Shown: positions 49,230 through 62,339 of the stretch, piece by piece
How the letters are laid out: each line of letters opens with the position of its first letter
Numbering within the stretch: position 1 is the stretch's first letter
NCBI GenBank assembly: GCA_011109175.1
Contig: RDEW01000060.1
Location: 188,432-252,431 of the forward strand
DNA: 64,000 nt
Reading direction: 5' to 3'
DNA from: Dicyema japonicum
Lineage: Eukaryota; Animalia; Dicyemida
Notes under the pieces: model-generated
Told to the model about the DNA's origin: nothing
The model's database searches: none
Seen by the model: the letters and a program-made list of their open reading frames with translations, nothing else
Translations under genes and position numbers: made by a program

Positions 49230-50450
49230 CCGTTTTCTCTGTTACTTCTGGATGGCGATATGAAACCAGATCTGGGTCCCTGTTCTACGCTGATTATTCT
49301 ACATTTAAATGTCAGTGGAGTCCACAATAAAGTCTTGGAACTACTTTCCCTCTTAGCCTACTTGAAAGTGGACATTGCCTCATTCAGAATCGAAACTCTC
49401 TCAACAACCACCACCTATTGTTTTCTAGGTACTTTGCAAAATCTCAGCGGAGGAATGTTGACAGTCGTTAAGGAACGAATTATATTTACGGACGTCACCC
49501 CATGTGTATCTTCTCTGTGAAGAGGATAGCTTTCTATTGAAGTATTCTTTTCGCCGGAGAGATGTCTTACTGTGTAATGTTTATATCCCACCTCAGGTGG
49601 TCGTGTACGACTTCCTATATTCCCAGCCTATCGAGATTATGTGGACTTATGCACCAACTTAAATACCAAACATCTGCTCTGGTTCCGGTCACTATCAGCC
49701 TACAGTCAGGAGGAGTACATTCTATCTATACTGGACGAATTGACTATTCTCAACAATCCAGGATTTCAAACCAGAACCACTATCTTTAGAAAAGATAATC
49801 CAACTTCTCCAGACATGTAGTTGTGTTCACTATGCACTGTTCGTTGTGGATTTTCAGGTGACCACGACCTTATTGTATTAAGAATCAAGAGACCTCGTTG
49901 TGTACCTCGATATTCTAAAAGATTAAAGAACTAGTCGAAGGCTGAGTGGGTTGGGTACAGTACATATGTGGACAATCGATTATCTGATTCCACACTTAAT
50001 GTTTCATCGATTATGCAGCAAAGGTGTTATCAAAACATTTATGAAGCGGACAGACTATTCACTCCACTTCCATCCTATGTGAGATTAAACCCTAAATTTC
50101 CATCTAATGTCATTTCGCTCATTAAAAACGAAATCGTTAAAAAGGAGACAGAAGCATGGTGAGACCGTCTATTCTTCCGTGCGTTCTCTAAATTCAAGAA
50201 TCACCTAGTTAATTGAAAGAACCACAAGCTCAAGTGGAGCCGTTTGGTGGACGTCTCTGCCATAAACACTCGTGCGCTAGTTTATTGAGGATGTTAAGGA
50301 AAGTAAAATATAAGATGGAGGAAGCCGTTACCTCTAGTACCTCAGAACCCGTACAACTTTCAAGTAATCTTATGAAATATTGTATCCATCAGTCACAAGA
50401 ATTTATCTCGTTCTCTGCAGGAACCTTATACAACCTTATTCACTCCCCAT
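49230..50450 (+). mobile_element. Decayed APE-type LINE 5' part with a degenerate 2A-like motif
   Basis: LLLLDGDMKPDLGP followed by ILHLNVSGVHNKVLEL...VDIA..ETL, NVYIPP, TSPD, DHD.I. Confidence 0.65.
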
Positions 50451-50799
50451 GATTGAACGAGTCTATTAAATTTCTACTTTCCACTTGTGGTCCTCAGCTG
50501 CCTTCGATGAAACGAGTCTATTCTGAATTATTTAACCTTGAACGTCCCCCAAGTTGACGAATTCTACAATAGGACCGATTTAACCAAAGCTTTGTACAGT
50601 GTGACCTCTATTTGGGGCGCACCTCCGAGGCGGGCACATCTATTTTTGAGTAAAACTCCGTTTTTGGGGCTCTATAAAATTTATACCAAAAGTATGACAA
50701 ATCAGGGCTTCAGATTATATCCGTCGTTGATCTAGTACTGAATCCACTATGACTTGGTGCAAGATAGTCGACCACCTGATCCCCACGACTATTCAATGT

Positions 50800-51130
50800 A
50801 ATGTAACTAATGACAAGGACAGGTATTAGTAGTCCAGATCAAATGGATAAGTATTTAGAAGTGTTTTAATTTATCAATCCACATTCCTTCTCAGGGGAGT
50901 TCATTTTATCAATCCACGATGAGGTGTTCTTGATAATTTTCTCAATCGAAATCTGATAGTTTTCTTTCTTAATGCAGATACGCATAGTTGTTGTCTTGTA
51001 TCTCCTGGCCTCTGTCACTAGTTTGTTCACAGAGGATTTCTTATAAGAAAACGAGTGGACCCATTTTATTGTCAACGTCAGTCGCTCTCATTTATACGAT
51101 CACGATGCACTTAGAACCATTTTTTCTTAG
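50800..51130 (-). mobile_element. Possible Penelope-like RT C-terminal remnant
   Basis: W.HSFSYKKSSVNKLV..ARR....ENY...IEKII. Confidence 0.35.
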
Positions 51131-51393
51131 CGGCAAATGATGTAGTCGATTTGATTAAGATGTTGATTATTTTCCCCACAGCAGCAAGTCTTCTTCCAGC
51201 AAACGTAGTTTATGATGAGGTGGAGTTGAAAGTAGGTGTTGCAAAGAAAAAGACTAATAATAATCATAAATTTTAATAATTGATTCGATATAAATATTAA
51301 CTAAAAACTTAAGTTTAAATTAATTCAAATTTTTTCTCTTGTGTGGCTGACGATGGTAGGCAATAAAAACTTTTAAAATAGCTGTCAAAACTA

Positions 51394-52241
<848 letters not shown>

Positions 52242-52319
52242 TTAGATTGTTTACTAACTGATGTTAACAATTAAAGTATTCATGATTGTGTTATTGTTCC
52301 TCCAGGAGATACTCCCAAA

Positions 52320-52870
52320 CGTTTTCATTCTTAACTACCAGTAAGGAACCCCCAGTCTACCACGAGAGGCGGACCACTGAGCTGGATTTAAACATAAATG
52401 AGATAAGAGGCAAAATTTTTGAAGATTGACATCGCTTTGATTTAAAAGACTAAAAATTTTTAACTCCCTACTTCCTTGTTTTCTGCATACAAGTCAATAT
52501 TTTCCTAACCTGTCGAAGAAACATGGTTGTGGTCTCTTCGTTCTATACCGGAAAGTTCTTAAATGCGTGGGTATGTTCAAAACTCTACAACATGTAAGAC
52601 TCACTACAACCGAGCATCCTCCTAAGCAGTAGTAAAAATTCTGAAAGTCAAAAATTCTTAAGATCTTTAACGAAACATGTGGAAAACCTTGACAGCTTCG
52701 TTGAGGAGGTTGACAGCTCTAAGGATCATCCAAAAACTCCAGACTCCTCAAAACACCCAGGTTTTTGACTTCCTTCATTGTTTTCTTTACCAGCCTCACA
52801 TAATTATTAAGAATTTCGAGAAGTGTCGTAAGTGGACGTCCACTAAATATTTCCTCAGATAATATGGAGT
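52320..52870 (-). mobile_element. Possible Penelope-like RT core remnant
   Basis: G.PL..LL...FLDD...FT..E pattern in broken frames. Confidence 0.3.
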
Positions 52871-52959
52871 AGCTCTATTTCGTTTATACTTGATTCCATT
52901 ATTGGCCTTCTGGATGAACGTCTGATGACATCGGATAATAATAAAGCCTTTTCGAGAGC

Positions 52960-53253
52960 CATAATATTTATAGCTCCGCATAGGCAGGACACACACTTTA
53001 TTTAAGTAAAGAACAGTTAATTTTAACTAATCGTAGAACCAAGGAATGATCTTCACTTCTTTTTTTCTTTTTCTTGTGTGAGTGTCATTTTTAGACAATC
53101 CAGTTCCGTAGTGAGTATCCACTGATGACGGCGTCACTCGTCAAACCCTTTCTGCATCGTAGATGCGTGGAACCTTCCACCAGGTGAACAGCAGCGAGAT
53201 TCGAACCCGTAGCCTAAGCCACTTTAGCCCGACACCTAACCACTATGCCACCC
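52960..53253 (-). mobile_element. tRNA-derived SINE
   Basis: Head gggtggcatagtggttagg (A box) ... gggttcgaatctc (B box) without a complete cloverleaf; body and tail shared with 1790-2010, 19740-19812 and 23735-23810. Confidence 0.7.
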
Positions 53254-53499
53254 GGTTGATGACATCGGATCTGAAAGACAATTCTTGTCGAACAGATCCC
53301 AGTCATTAGGCGACGATTCCTTGTGGCAAGACAGGTAGTAGAAAGGGATCTTTCTACCTTCTCTCTGACCAAATCCTCTGGTGAAGGTTACATTATAAAA
53401 ACTATTCCGCCGAAGAGTACAGTGATGTCTGCGACGGTAGGAAGTGCGACGAAAATGGAAGAGGGCTGACCAACTTCTTCACCTCTTTTCTGAAACGGA

Positions 53500-53530
<31 letters not shown>

Positions 53531-53559
53531 ATTTTTAAGGTTAATTTAAACAATAGAAG

Positions 53560-53915
53560 TCAGGTAGTTGCCGCTCTCACCGCGTGGCTGTTCCCTCTCA
53601 AAATTGCGAGCGAAATTCGCTCAAATAGCCAGCGGCGTTCGCGGAGATCTCCAGTGCATGAGGTGATCCGGTTTCCAAGACGTCCGAAAAACTCGAGTGT
53701 AGAGGGGAGTAGGATCCGGAAGTCTCCATAGCAAGGGGAACAAATTTGACATCATCGGGAAGGTCGGCGTATTTAACGAGTTTGGCCTTCTCCGCCTTTA
53801 CGGATGCTGAACAGGCCCTTGTAGCACTCTCGTGAAGATTTTTCTGGGCGAACGTGTCTGTACATGTCACATCCCAAACCAGTGGTTTCCCGGCCTCAAA
53901 TGGAAATATGGTCAA
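53560..53915 (-). mobile_element. CRE-like retrotransposon 3' fragment with A-rich tail
   Basis: TIFPFEAGKPLVWDVTCTDTFA...AEKAKLVKYADL..VKFVPLAMETSG...RRWLFERISLAI; long T-run at 53504-53530 reads as poly(A) on the minus strand. Confidence 0.85.
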
Positions 53916-54158
53916 CGGAAGACTGTAATGGGGTATTGGAAGATGGATTTGATTGGCACAAGTAGAAGTTCTTCCTTGGGTTCCTTCCTTGATTAATTAG
54001 TTATAATTGTTTGTGCAGGGCTTACCAAAGATTGTAACCCTGGGGTTAATAATCCAACATAAATGAAAAAAATTAAATTTTATTATAAGTTAAAATTATT
54101 TTTTTTGAAACAATAAACTTTACATTAAAAATATTTAAAAATCTCCATAGTTAATAAA

Positions 54159-54657
54159 ATGTATTTTATTGTGCGACATGGAGGTAAATATAAGTTAGCA
54201 CTTTAGACGACCAAGCAGACCTTTTTAACCCAAACTGCAGACTCGATTTAATAATTGAGAGCATCAAACAACGCTGCAACTGTTCAGAGAACGGTTTATT
54301 GGGATTAGTTAGAATTAGATCAGATAGAGTTGGCTGACGACAACGGAACTATTAGAAATCTTCCCAAATGTGACCCAAATGAATCAGGAATCGGTGTTTT
54401 CACAAACCGAGAGGATTATATTCTGCTTAAAGCTGACTGTTGTTTTTTTGATATTATTTTAAAGATGGTGAAAAACAGGCGTATATACCACTATTAAAGG
54501 GAATGCAGAATAATGCTGAATTTATGAGTAATTATATTTAGTTTATTTAGTGAATTTGAATCAACGATCGGGATCACCAAAGAAATCTAGACTTACTAAA
54601 AATAGAATTCAAAAAATACCAAAAAATAAAAAGTTAACGATTAACAAAAAATTATAA
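54159..54657 (+). CDS. CXorf65/C22orf15-family protein, about 133 aa (absent from the ORF track)
   Basis: Four GT-AG introns of 23-26 nt give MYFIVRHGDDQADLFNPNCRLDLIIESIKQRCNCSENDQIELADDNGTIRNL...FTNREDYILLK...AYIPLL and a Lys-rich tail, matching the recalled MF....G...L.N.NC family start. Confidence 0.8.
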
Positions 54658-55239
54658 ATTTTAAAATATAAAAATAACAAAAAATATGTCAGGAATATAG
54701 TAAACCCAGTCTTATTGTGGATGCCCAATGTCTGCCCGGCATTCAAAATGATCCATAGATTCATTCCACTGTGAGAAAATTTTGCTCTCTGGCGACGAGT
54801 TCTGGAATTGACCTCAGCTCCGGGACACACTTTCTCGATCACTGTGTTTGGGTGAGGGTTCTGGTGGAATAATTTTATTTAATTAGAGGTGGTAGAGTTA
54901 AATTTAATATTATGCATAAATACTGAAAATTAATTGTCACCCTCCATGGCTCGGACACGACGTTCGCTGGACACTTGCCAAATTTCACTATTTTTAATTT
55001 TCTCAAGTTATAATTTTTCTAAGTCCTAATTAAATCTAAAAAAATTTATTTAATGATAATTATCTAACAAAAAACAAATGTTAGTTGAGGAAGCCGGCTG
55101 CGTGGATCGAGAACGAGTTCCCTCGGAGTATGTCTATTCCAATTTTTTTTATCTAAAAAATTAAAAAATTATTTTTGAGCTTTATCATAAGTTCAACCAT
55201 CCCTATTTTTTAGTGACGTTTTGAAACTTTTATTAATTC

Positions 55240-56011
55240 GTCGTGGAAGATCGGGAATTTATAGACGTTATTATGGAGAAAGCGAAAACATTTTGAGTAA
55301 ATGGTCTCTAAAAGTCAATAAAGACAAAACTGAAATAACCACTATTGAAAGAACGCCAACCCGCGTTGAGGAAAAGTGGAGGAACACCCGAAAATTCGGA
55401 TCGTTACTTGGCGATTCAGAAGATATCACACGATGAAAGATATTGGCCACAATAGCACTCAAACATTACAATCCATTCTGATGAGAAAAAATCAAATTCC
55501 TACTAAGATGCGATTACGGTTATATAATGGATTTGTCCGACAAGTCCTCATGTTCAACGCAGGTACTTGGGGAACATCAGATATGGAACAACTCGACTCA
55601 TTTCACAGAAGCCTACTAAGAAAACTCCTTGGATACTCTTGGCCAAAGAAAATCTCAAACAATAAATTATACAGACTTACTGATTGTGGACCAATAAGTC
55701 TGGAGGTACTTGAAGCCCGCTGGTGCCTTTTTGATCATATTCTACGGATGGGTGAACAGATTCCATGCAATGCCGCCATGGAAGAATTTTTCGGTTATAC
55801 TGTATTTCCTGCATTCAGAGGACGTCCAAGAAGTTGTCTTCCAAAGACACTTTCGAAGAATTACGCAGTGATCGGGGGCCGACTGATCGACGCGGACAAT
55901 CTGGACGAAATCAGAAAACGAGCGCGACAGCGAAAAGGATGGAGAAGACCAACGGAAAGGATAATCAAAAAACATGACACAAGCGAAACCATATACAGTG
56001 TTTACTGGTAA
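55240..56011 (+). mobile_element. RTE-type LINE 3' part
   Basis: LKVNKDKTE, RLRLYNGFVRQVLMFNAGTW, LDSFHRSLLRKLLGYSWP.KISN.KLY, RW.LF.HILR, RGRPR. Confidence 0.85.
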
Positions 56012-56429
56012 CGAGAATGTGATTTGACTAACTATTCAATTCTAATGGTTTTCCAGGCTATGGACGGTGACATTACTTATTTATTGAATTTTATATATTT
56101 TAAATGTTATGGAAAGTCTATCAGGAAATTATAGGCCAATTAGCGTTTTCAAATATTATGGATAGTGTAGTCTGTAAAAGATTATCTTGAAGATAATAAA
56201 TTTCTTCCGGACCAGTGGGGTTTTCGCCAAATAGAAGCACTGAAAATTGTTCTAAAAAAGCTGTTATCATTGCTCACTTCTAAAGCGATTTTAATGAAGA
56301 GAGGAGTCAGTCTTGAGTCCTGAACAGAGGTACAATTCAACAGACCTAATATTTTCGTTGACTACACAGGATCGCCTCAAACAAGTTAAATCAATTCAAT
56401 CAATTCCAAAGACCACTGTAAAACCGAAA

Positions 56430-58760
56430 AAAACTAAACTAAGTGATCCCGACGAATTGGACCATGGCTCTCATATTCTTTCGGTGTTGATCCTTTGAGC
56501 CTACATAAGTACGTTGCGGACGAGCACTTTCTTTTTGGCATTGGTGTCCATTCTTGTTTTTTTGGATTAGTTTCTCCATGGGCGTCGGTGATTTAATGTT
56601 TTCCCCTGTGTACCATCCCTCCGTTAGCTTGAAGGCCCTTTTCTAGGTTACGGAGATTTTCTGGATGTTCGTATAAGAGGCCAGTGGTCCCCATGAAGTA
56701 CACGCATTCAATGTACTGTGAGTAGAGCGTTTTAAGTATAGGGTAATGAAATTCACCAGCCAGCGTTTGAGGTTTTCAGGGATATCTGATTGGTAAATTT
56801 TCCATGTTAGGTTCTTCCTCGGCACAGAGTCGAAAGCTTTGTGGACGTCCAGTGAGCATAGCACAGTTTTTTTGTGTCTTGGGTTGCACTGAAATCCAGA
56901 GCGAATAAAGTTAGTCAGGGATGTGAGAAGCTCGTTGTGGACCGATCCTTTTTGAAACCATGCTGGAATGGTTTATCGGGAGTCCTTTCAGTGATTTTTG
57001 CCAAGATAAGCTTTTCCAGAATTTTTGACATGGAACATAAGAGAGAAATAGGCCTGAAGGAAGCTGGGTCTTCTTTCGGTTTTCCTTGCTTCAATACTGG
57101 GTGAGTGTTTGCAAGTTTCCATATCGTTGGGATTGAGTTATAATTAATCGACCAGTTGTAGATTTTGGTCAGGGTACCGATTTTTTCATTTCCTAGGTTT
57201 TTCAGGAGGATTATGGGAATTCCGTCTGGACCATGAGAATGTGTTACTTTTGTTTGTCTTAAGAATGCCATTACCTCCTTTTCCGTGAAATAAGTTAATT
57301 GATCCCTTTTCGGTTTTCTTAGCGACGGTTTGGGTTGGTCAGTCCTCATGTGTTTTTTGTGAGAGATTTTCGCGTAGTATTTTATTAAGGAGTTTAGGTC
57401 CTTTTGGCTGAATACGTCATTTCCGGGTGTCCTTTCATCCACCTTCGAAATATTTCGAATAGTCTTCCAGACTTCGGATGTTGACCGGTTACGATTTAAT
57501 GACGTAAGGACCATCTTCCATTTAGCTCTCTGTATTTTGAATTCATTGGCTTTTATTTCCTCGTTCAGCACTTTTAGACGGATCCTTACTTCGGAGGATC
57601 GGCTCCCTGATTTTTGAGACGGTTTCGTTCCTTGATCAGAGCCTTCCTTCCGTACTCTCTCGTGTAAACGACATATCTTTTAGGGACAGCCATTGCTCTT
57701 GCTTCCAGGATGACTTTGTTAACGTAGGCAACCACTATATCAAGGGAGGTAAAGTTTTCCAGCTGTATATTAGCCAAATGTTGGTCCGTAACTGATCGGA
57801 ATAATTGCCAATTTGCAAGATTGTATATGCAGGTTTCTTCTTTCTACTGGTAATTTCGCTTTTGATCTTTAGCAGAATAGGGTTATGATCACTTCGGGTG
57901 TCGTAGATGATGGACCAATTAATCGTTGTTGAAAGCTGTGGTGAACAGAGTGTGATATCTGGGGAAATTGGATTGTCAGAGTTCTTTAGAGGTGTTCTTG
58001 TGTTTTTTGATGGGTCATTGATGATTGTCAGATTGACAGACTGCGTCAACAGCAAATTTTCTCTTGTATCTGCAGACTGATTTAAGAGCCAGAGAGGGTG
58101 TTTAGAATTCAAATAGCCGCATATCACGACTTCGTTCCAAATCTCCAGTGCTGATAAGTCCGGCATAGTGTAATGTTTCGGACATGAGCCCGGAGGCGGA
58201 ATATACATATTTACAAAATATAGTATTCCTTTTGTTGTGCCAAAAGATATTCCGATTGTCTCTGTGGTTTCATCACTCCCCAAAAGTTTCTTCGTTTCGA
58301 GTGTATGGTCCTCATACTTTATGCCTTTTTTGATCATTGTAAGTAGTCCTTCTCCACGTTTCTCGTATTATGTTGTATCCGGGAAAGAGAGGCGTAGTAT
58401 CTTTTGCTGATAGCTTCGATTCTTGGATGAGCACGATGTCAGCTTTAAGTCTGACAATCAGAGTTCTAAGTTCAATAATTTTGCCTTTTATTCCGTTCAC
58501 ATTAAGTTGTATAACGGAGATCCAGTCCTTTGACTTGTGTAGGTTTCAAATCCGAGAAGCTGTAGCCAGACCAGTAATCCGTCGACCAGGGGCGACATGT
58601 ACCCCGGTGGAAGAGAGCTAATGGCTTTTTTTGGAAATGCTTTAGGAGCATTTTGAGCGCCTCCAGAGTTGTTGCATCCAGTGAGCCACATGACGCCACG
58701 CTTAAGTAAGGTCGAGAAGTGTCACAAGTATTACCTTCTTGCAGGAGACTTCTCACATCT
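56430..58760 (-). mobile_element. Degenerate APE-RT LINE (AGIT* family) with an internal deletion in RT
   Basis: LNVNGIKGK..LIQESKL, NMYIPP, G.LNSKHP.W, SPDITL, SDHNPI, GPDGIP, FRPISLL, QHGFKK, LDVHKAFDSV; ends GGG ATC ACT TAG. Confidence 0.88.
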
Positions 58761-59038
58761 CTACGATAATACTGGTTATGGTATGGAATTGAGGATGGTT
58801 AGTGGTATATTCATCTAAGAATGGAGAACGATTGCCAGAGATATGGATAATCAGTTAAAATAATGTTATTATATAATGTTTTGATCGAAAATGATATTAA
58901 AAATTTTAGTTTTCCCAATAACAAGAATATAAATTATTAGCGATTTTGCTGTTTTTAATAGATTATCTTATTTACCCAATAATAGCTTTTCTTACAGCTA
59001 ATCCCGTCATTTACTAGAAATATATTATAAAAATAAAA

Positions 59039-59111
59039 GCCTTGTTAGCTCAGTCGGTAGAGCATGGGACTCTTAATCCCAGGGTCACGGGTTCGAGTCC
59101 CGTACAGGGCT
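59039..59111 (+). tRNA. tRNA-Lys(CTT)
   Basis: GCCTTGT/ACAGGGC acceptor stem, GCTC/GAGC D arm, TGGGA-CTCTTAA-TCCCA anticodon arm, ACGGG-TTCGAGT-CCCGT T arm; T-run terminator about 10 nt downstream. Confidence 0.95.
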
Positions 59112-59159
59112 GCTCAAAACTTTTTTATGTTTTAAATTTAAGTATTATTATTATTAGCA

Positions 59160-60780
59160 AATGGGATTCTCTCCGAGAATCAGTTGGGAACTGTGCGAAA
59201 TTGTCAGGGGGCAAAAGAGCAGGCTTTGATCAACAAATGCCTTTCTGTGTCTCACTGAAACTCACTTTTGTCTATGTGGGTGGATGTGAAGAAGGCTTAC
59301 GATTCAGTTGATCATTCTTACCTTGTCNAATCCCAGGGTCACGGGTTCGAGTCCCGTACAGGGCTGCTCAAAACTTTTTTATGTTTTAAATTTAAGTATT
59401 ATTATTATTATTAGCAAATGGGATTCTCTCCGAGAATCAGTTGGGAACTGTGCGAAATTGTCAGGGGGCAAAAGAGCAGGCTTTGATCAACAAATGCCTT
59501 TCTGTGTCTCACGGAAACTCACTTTTGTCTATGTGGGTGGATGTAAAGAAGGCTTACGATTCAGTTGATCATTCTTACCTTGTCAAGTGCCTACACAGTC
59601 TGTGTATGCATGTGTGGTTCATCAGCTTTGTAGTGGCTGTGATGAATAGGTGGAGTATTCATTTGAACTATAATAGGCACCGGATAGGCGAGGTAAATCT
59701 CAAGAGGGGGATCCTTCAGGGGGATAGCATGTCTCCGCTGCTCTTTGTTCTCTGTTTGGAACCATTGAGTCGCCGCCTTAATGACCGGTTTGAACAAATT
59801 CCAGTTCATTGTGAGGGGGTTTGTTTCAGTACAAATCACCTTCTTTTTATCGATGACCTGAAAATGTATGCTCGAACAGCCGAGGAGCTCTACTCCATAG
59901 GGGTCTGTGCCAGGGAATTCTTTGAGAGTATAGGACTAGATTTGAATTATTCAAAGTCTGCGACTAACACACAAGAATGTAGCGAGTTAGCAAGAGTCTT
60001 AGAGGAACACAAAGGATGTAAGTATCTAAGTGTTACCGAATCTCCAAAGTCCCTTATAATGCCTGAAACAAAGCGACAAATTACTGAAGGCATCCGTAAA
60101 AGAGCAGCATTATTGTGTAAGACGTTTCTAAATGCAAGGAATTTGTTCCTAGCATTAAATGAGTATGCTGTCTCGCTGCTAAACTACTACATAGGTGTTG
60201 TGGAGTTTGAGCCCAAAGAGTATGATGAGATGGATGTTATGATCCGTGGAGTNACTTCATTGCATGAGTCTGTTCGTGTATTACAGAAAAACATCACTAA
60301 CCTGTGTTCCTAGCATTAAATGAGTATGTTGTCTCGCTGCTAAACTACTACATAGGTGTTGTGGAGTTTGAGCCCAAAGAGTATGATGGGATGGATGTTA
60401 TGATCCGTGGAGTGCTCAGAGAGAACCATGTACATGTGCTGGCAGCCAATAGGGAGAGACTATATTTACCCCGTGATAAATTTGGCCGTGGACTGTGTGG
60501 AGTAGTCCAACTAAGTCAGCGTATCCTAATGCGAATGCATGACACCCTGATAGCTAAGTCTAGTGTGTCTGCTATGAAACACGCCATAATAGCGACCGAG
60601 AAAACACGGGCAACCCACCTAGGCAATATCAGACCTATTTTGTCTGCTAAGTATGGTGTTGATGATGGTGGGCTAGTAAATGTGAAGGCGTTGATCAATA
60701 TAATATTTTGATGGAAAAGATCAACTTAAAAAACCTTCATTAGGTCCTCTTCAGAGCATAGGATGGGACCATTAGTGAAT
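59160..60780 (+). mobile_element. R4/Dong-like RLE retrotransposon RT region, truncated
   Basis: Q.GTVRNCQGAKEQALIN...WVDVKKAYDSVDH...RGILQGDSMSPLLFVL...NHLLFIDDLK...ERLYLPR...GRGL. Confidence 0.9.
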
Positions 60781-61315
60781 CACTAGTGGATAGTCGGAAA
60801 AATATTATAATCTGGGATCATATTAATATTTTAACACATTTCCTGATGGTTTTTGGGTTTCAAAAAAACTATTGAGGAGAAGACTTGGTCGTCTTTTCAT
60901 TCTTGATTATGTAGTTGTAGTCATTCAAGCAAAACTATAATTTCGCTAAGCTAAAATTATCTTCTAATTACTTTGGGAGTTTATCGAGTTCATGGACTAT
61001 TAAAACGGTGGGGGCATATGTTTTGTTTAATACAAGCTTCGTCCATCTGAATAAAATATCCACACTTCTAAATAATCCCTGCACAGTCCTCGGTATTTGC
61101 GATAGCTAAATCCGGGCTAACTGGGTATCCCCCATGCTGTGAACAAAGTAATTTATCCCGAAAGCTGATAAATGAAAAACTGATAAATATTTCAAAAATA
61201 AAACTAAGAGTATCAATGATGAGCTGTTTCTGCGTTTGTTAGAATCGTGTAAACTGCATAATAATTGCATTGAAATAGGCTCAATTTTATTATCCACAAG
61301 TCCAAATCCTTAGAG

Positions 61316-61747
61316 CAGAGGTTGTCAAACGGTGTGCCGCCTGCCAAATACAAATTTGAATAAATTTATATACATTTTTTGACCTAATTAATTTAAAAAG
61401 ATAAACAAATTAAAATAATTACTAAAATTAAAATAATCATTTTTTTATTATATATTAAATGACATTTACATTGGTTAACCATTATTTATTAATTTTTTAA
61501 TAACGTGCGCATCAACGTGCTTATGGGTAAATCAGTTCGTCGTTCTTATAAAGATTCTTATTTGTCATTTGGATTTATATGCAAAGATAAAAATAAACTA
61601 CCTCAATGTCTAATTTGCATGGAAGTCTTGGCAAATGATGCTATGGTTCCTAGCAAACTAAAGAGACATAAAATTTTTATTTTTTAATGTGTGCCGTGAA
61701 TTAATTTTTTTACGATTAGTGCAAGAATTATTTTTTGAAAAGCTCTG
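61316..61747 (+). mobile_element. Internally deleted hAT (Buster-type) element, 432 bp
   Basis: Imperfect TIRs cagaggttgtcaaa / tttgaaaagctctg; flanks ccttagag / ctttacaa (nnnTAnnn); internal BED-finger start RSYKDSYLSFGF...PQCLIC.EVLAND.M.PSKLKRH. Confidence 0.75.
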
Positions 61748-62339
61748 CTTTACAATTAGGTCAATTTAACAATTATCAAAGTATACTTTCAAAAATATGG
61801 TTTTTAAAAATCCAGATTTAATTATTCATTATTAAAACATATTTATACATGGGCAATACCACGCAGTCAGGGCAGTCACTATATGATCATTTACTCTCTT
61901 TTCTTTACTAAATAAAATGATTCATTTTATACATTAAAAATTAAATATCAAAAAAATCCAGTAGCTGATCGTCTAACATTCTTGTCTATGACACTAAGAA
62001 GCTTAAAAGTATTCGTCAATCCTCATTCAACATTTGTACAAATAACCCCACTGGCATTCTCAAGCCGTTTCTCCATAATTTCGCCCTTAGACTCAATTCA
62101 CTTTGCACCAGACACATCATCAAGATGAACTGAAGAACTGTTTTCGACTCAGAAACTGTTTCAGGCTCTTCATCCACTGTTTAAGTTTGTTCACGTCCTC
62201 TTCGTACCTTTTCCTCTGCTCTTCAACCTTCNTTACCACGCAGTCAGGGCAGTCACTATATGATCATTTACTCTCTTTTCTTTACTGAATAAAATGGTTT
62301 CTCCATAATTTCGCCCTTAGACTCAATTGATTGACTTTG

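Noticed and set aside
53115-53150. Hammerhead ribozyme (ctgatgac...gtcaaac) in the SINE core
   Set aside because: Lacks the GAAA core, is antisense to the SINE and is not kept in the second copy
59329-59587. Second partial tRNA-Lys and tandem duplication
   Set aside because: Starts at a single N and re-reads 59075-59327; contig-overlap artefact
60142-60412. Internal duplication in the RT
   Set aside because: Straddles the single N at 60253; assembly join
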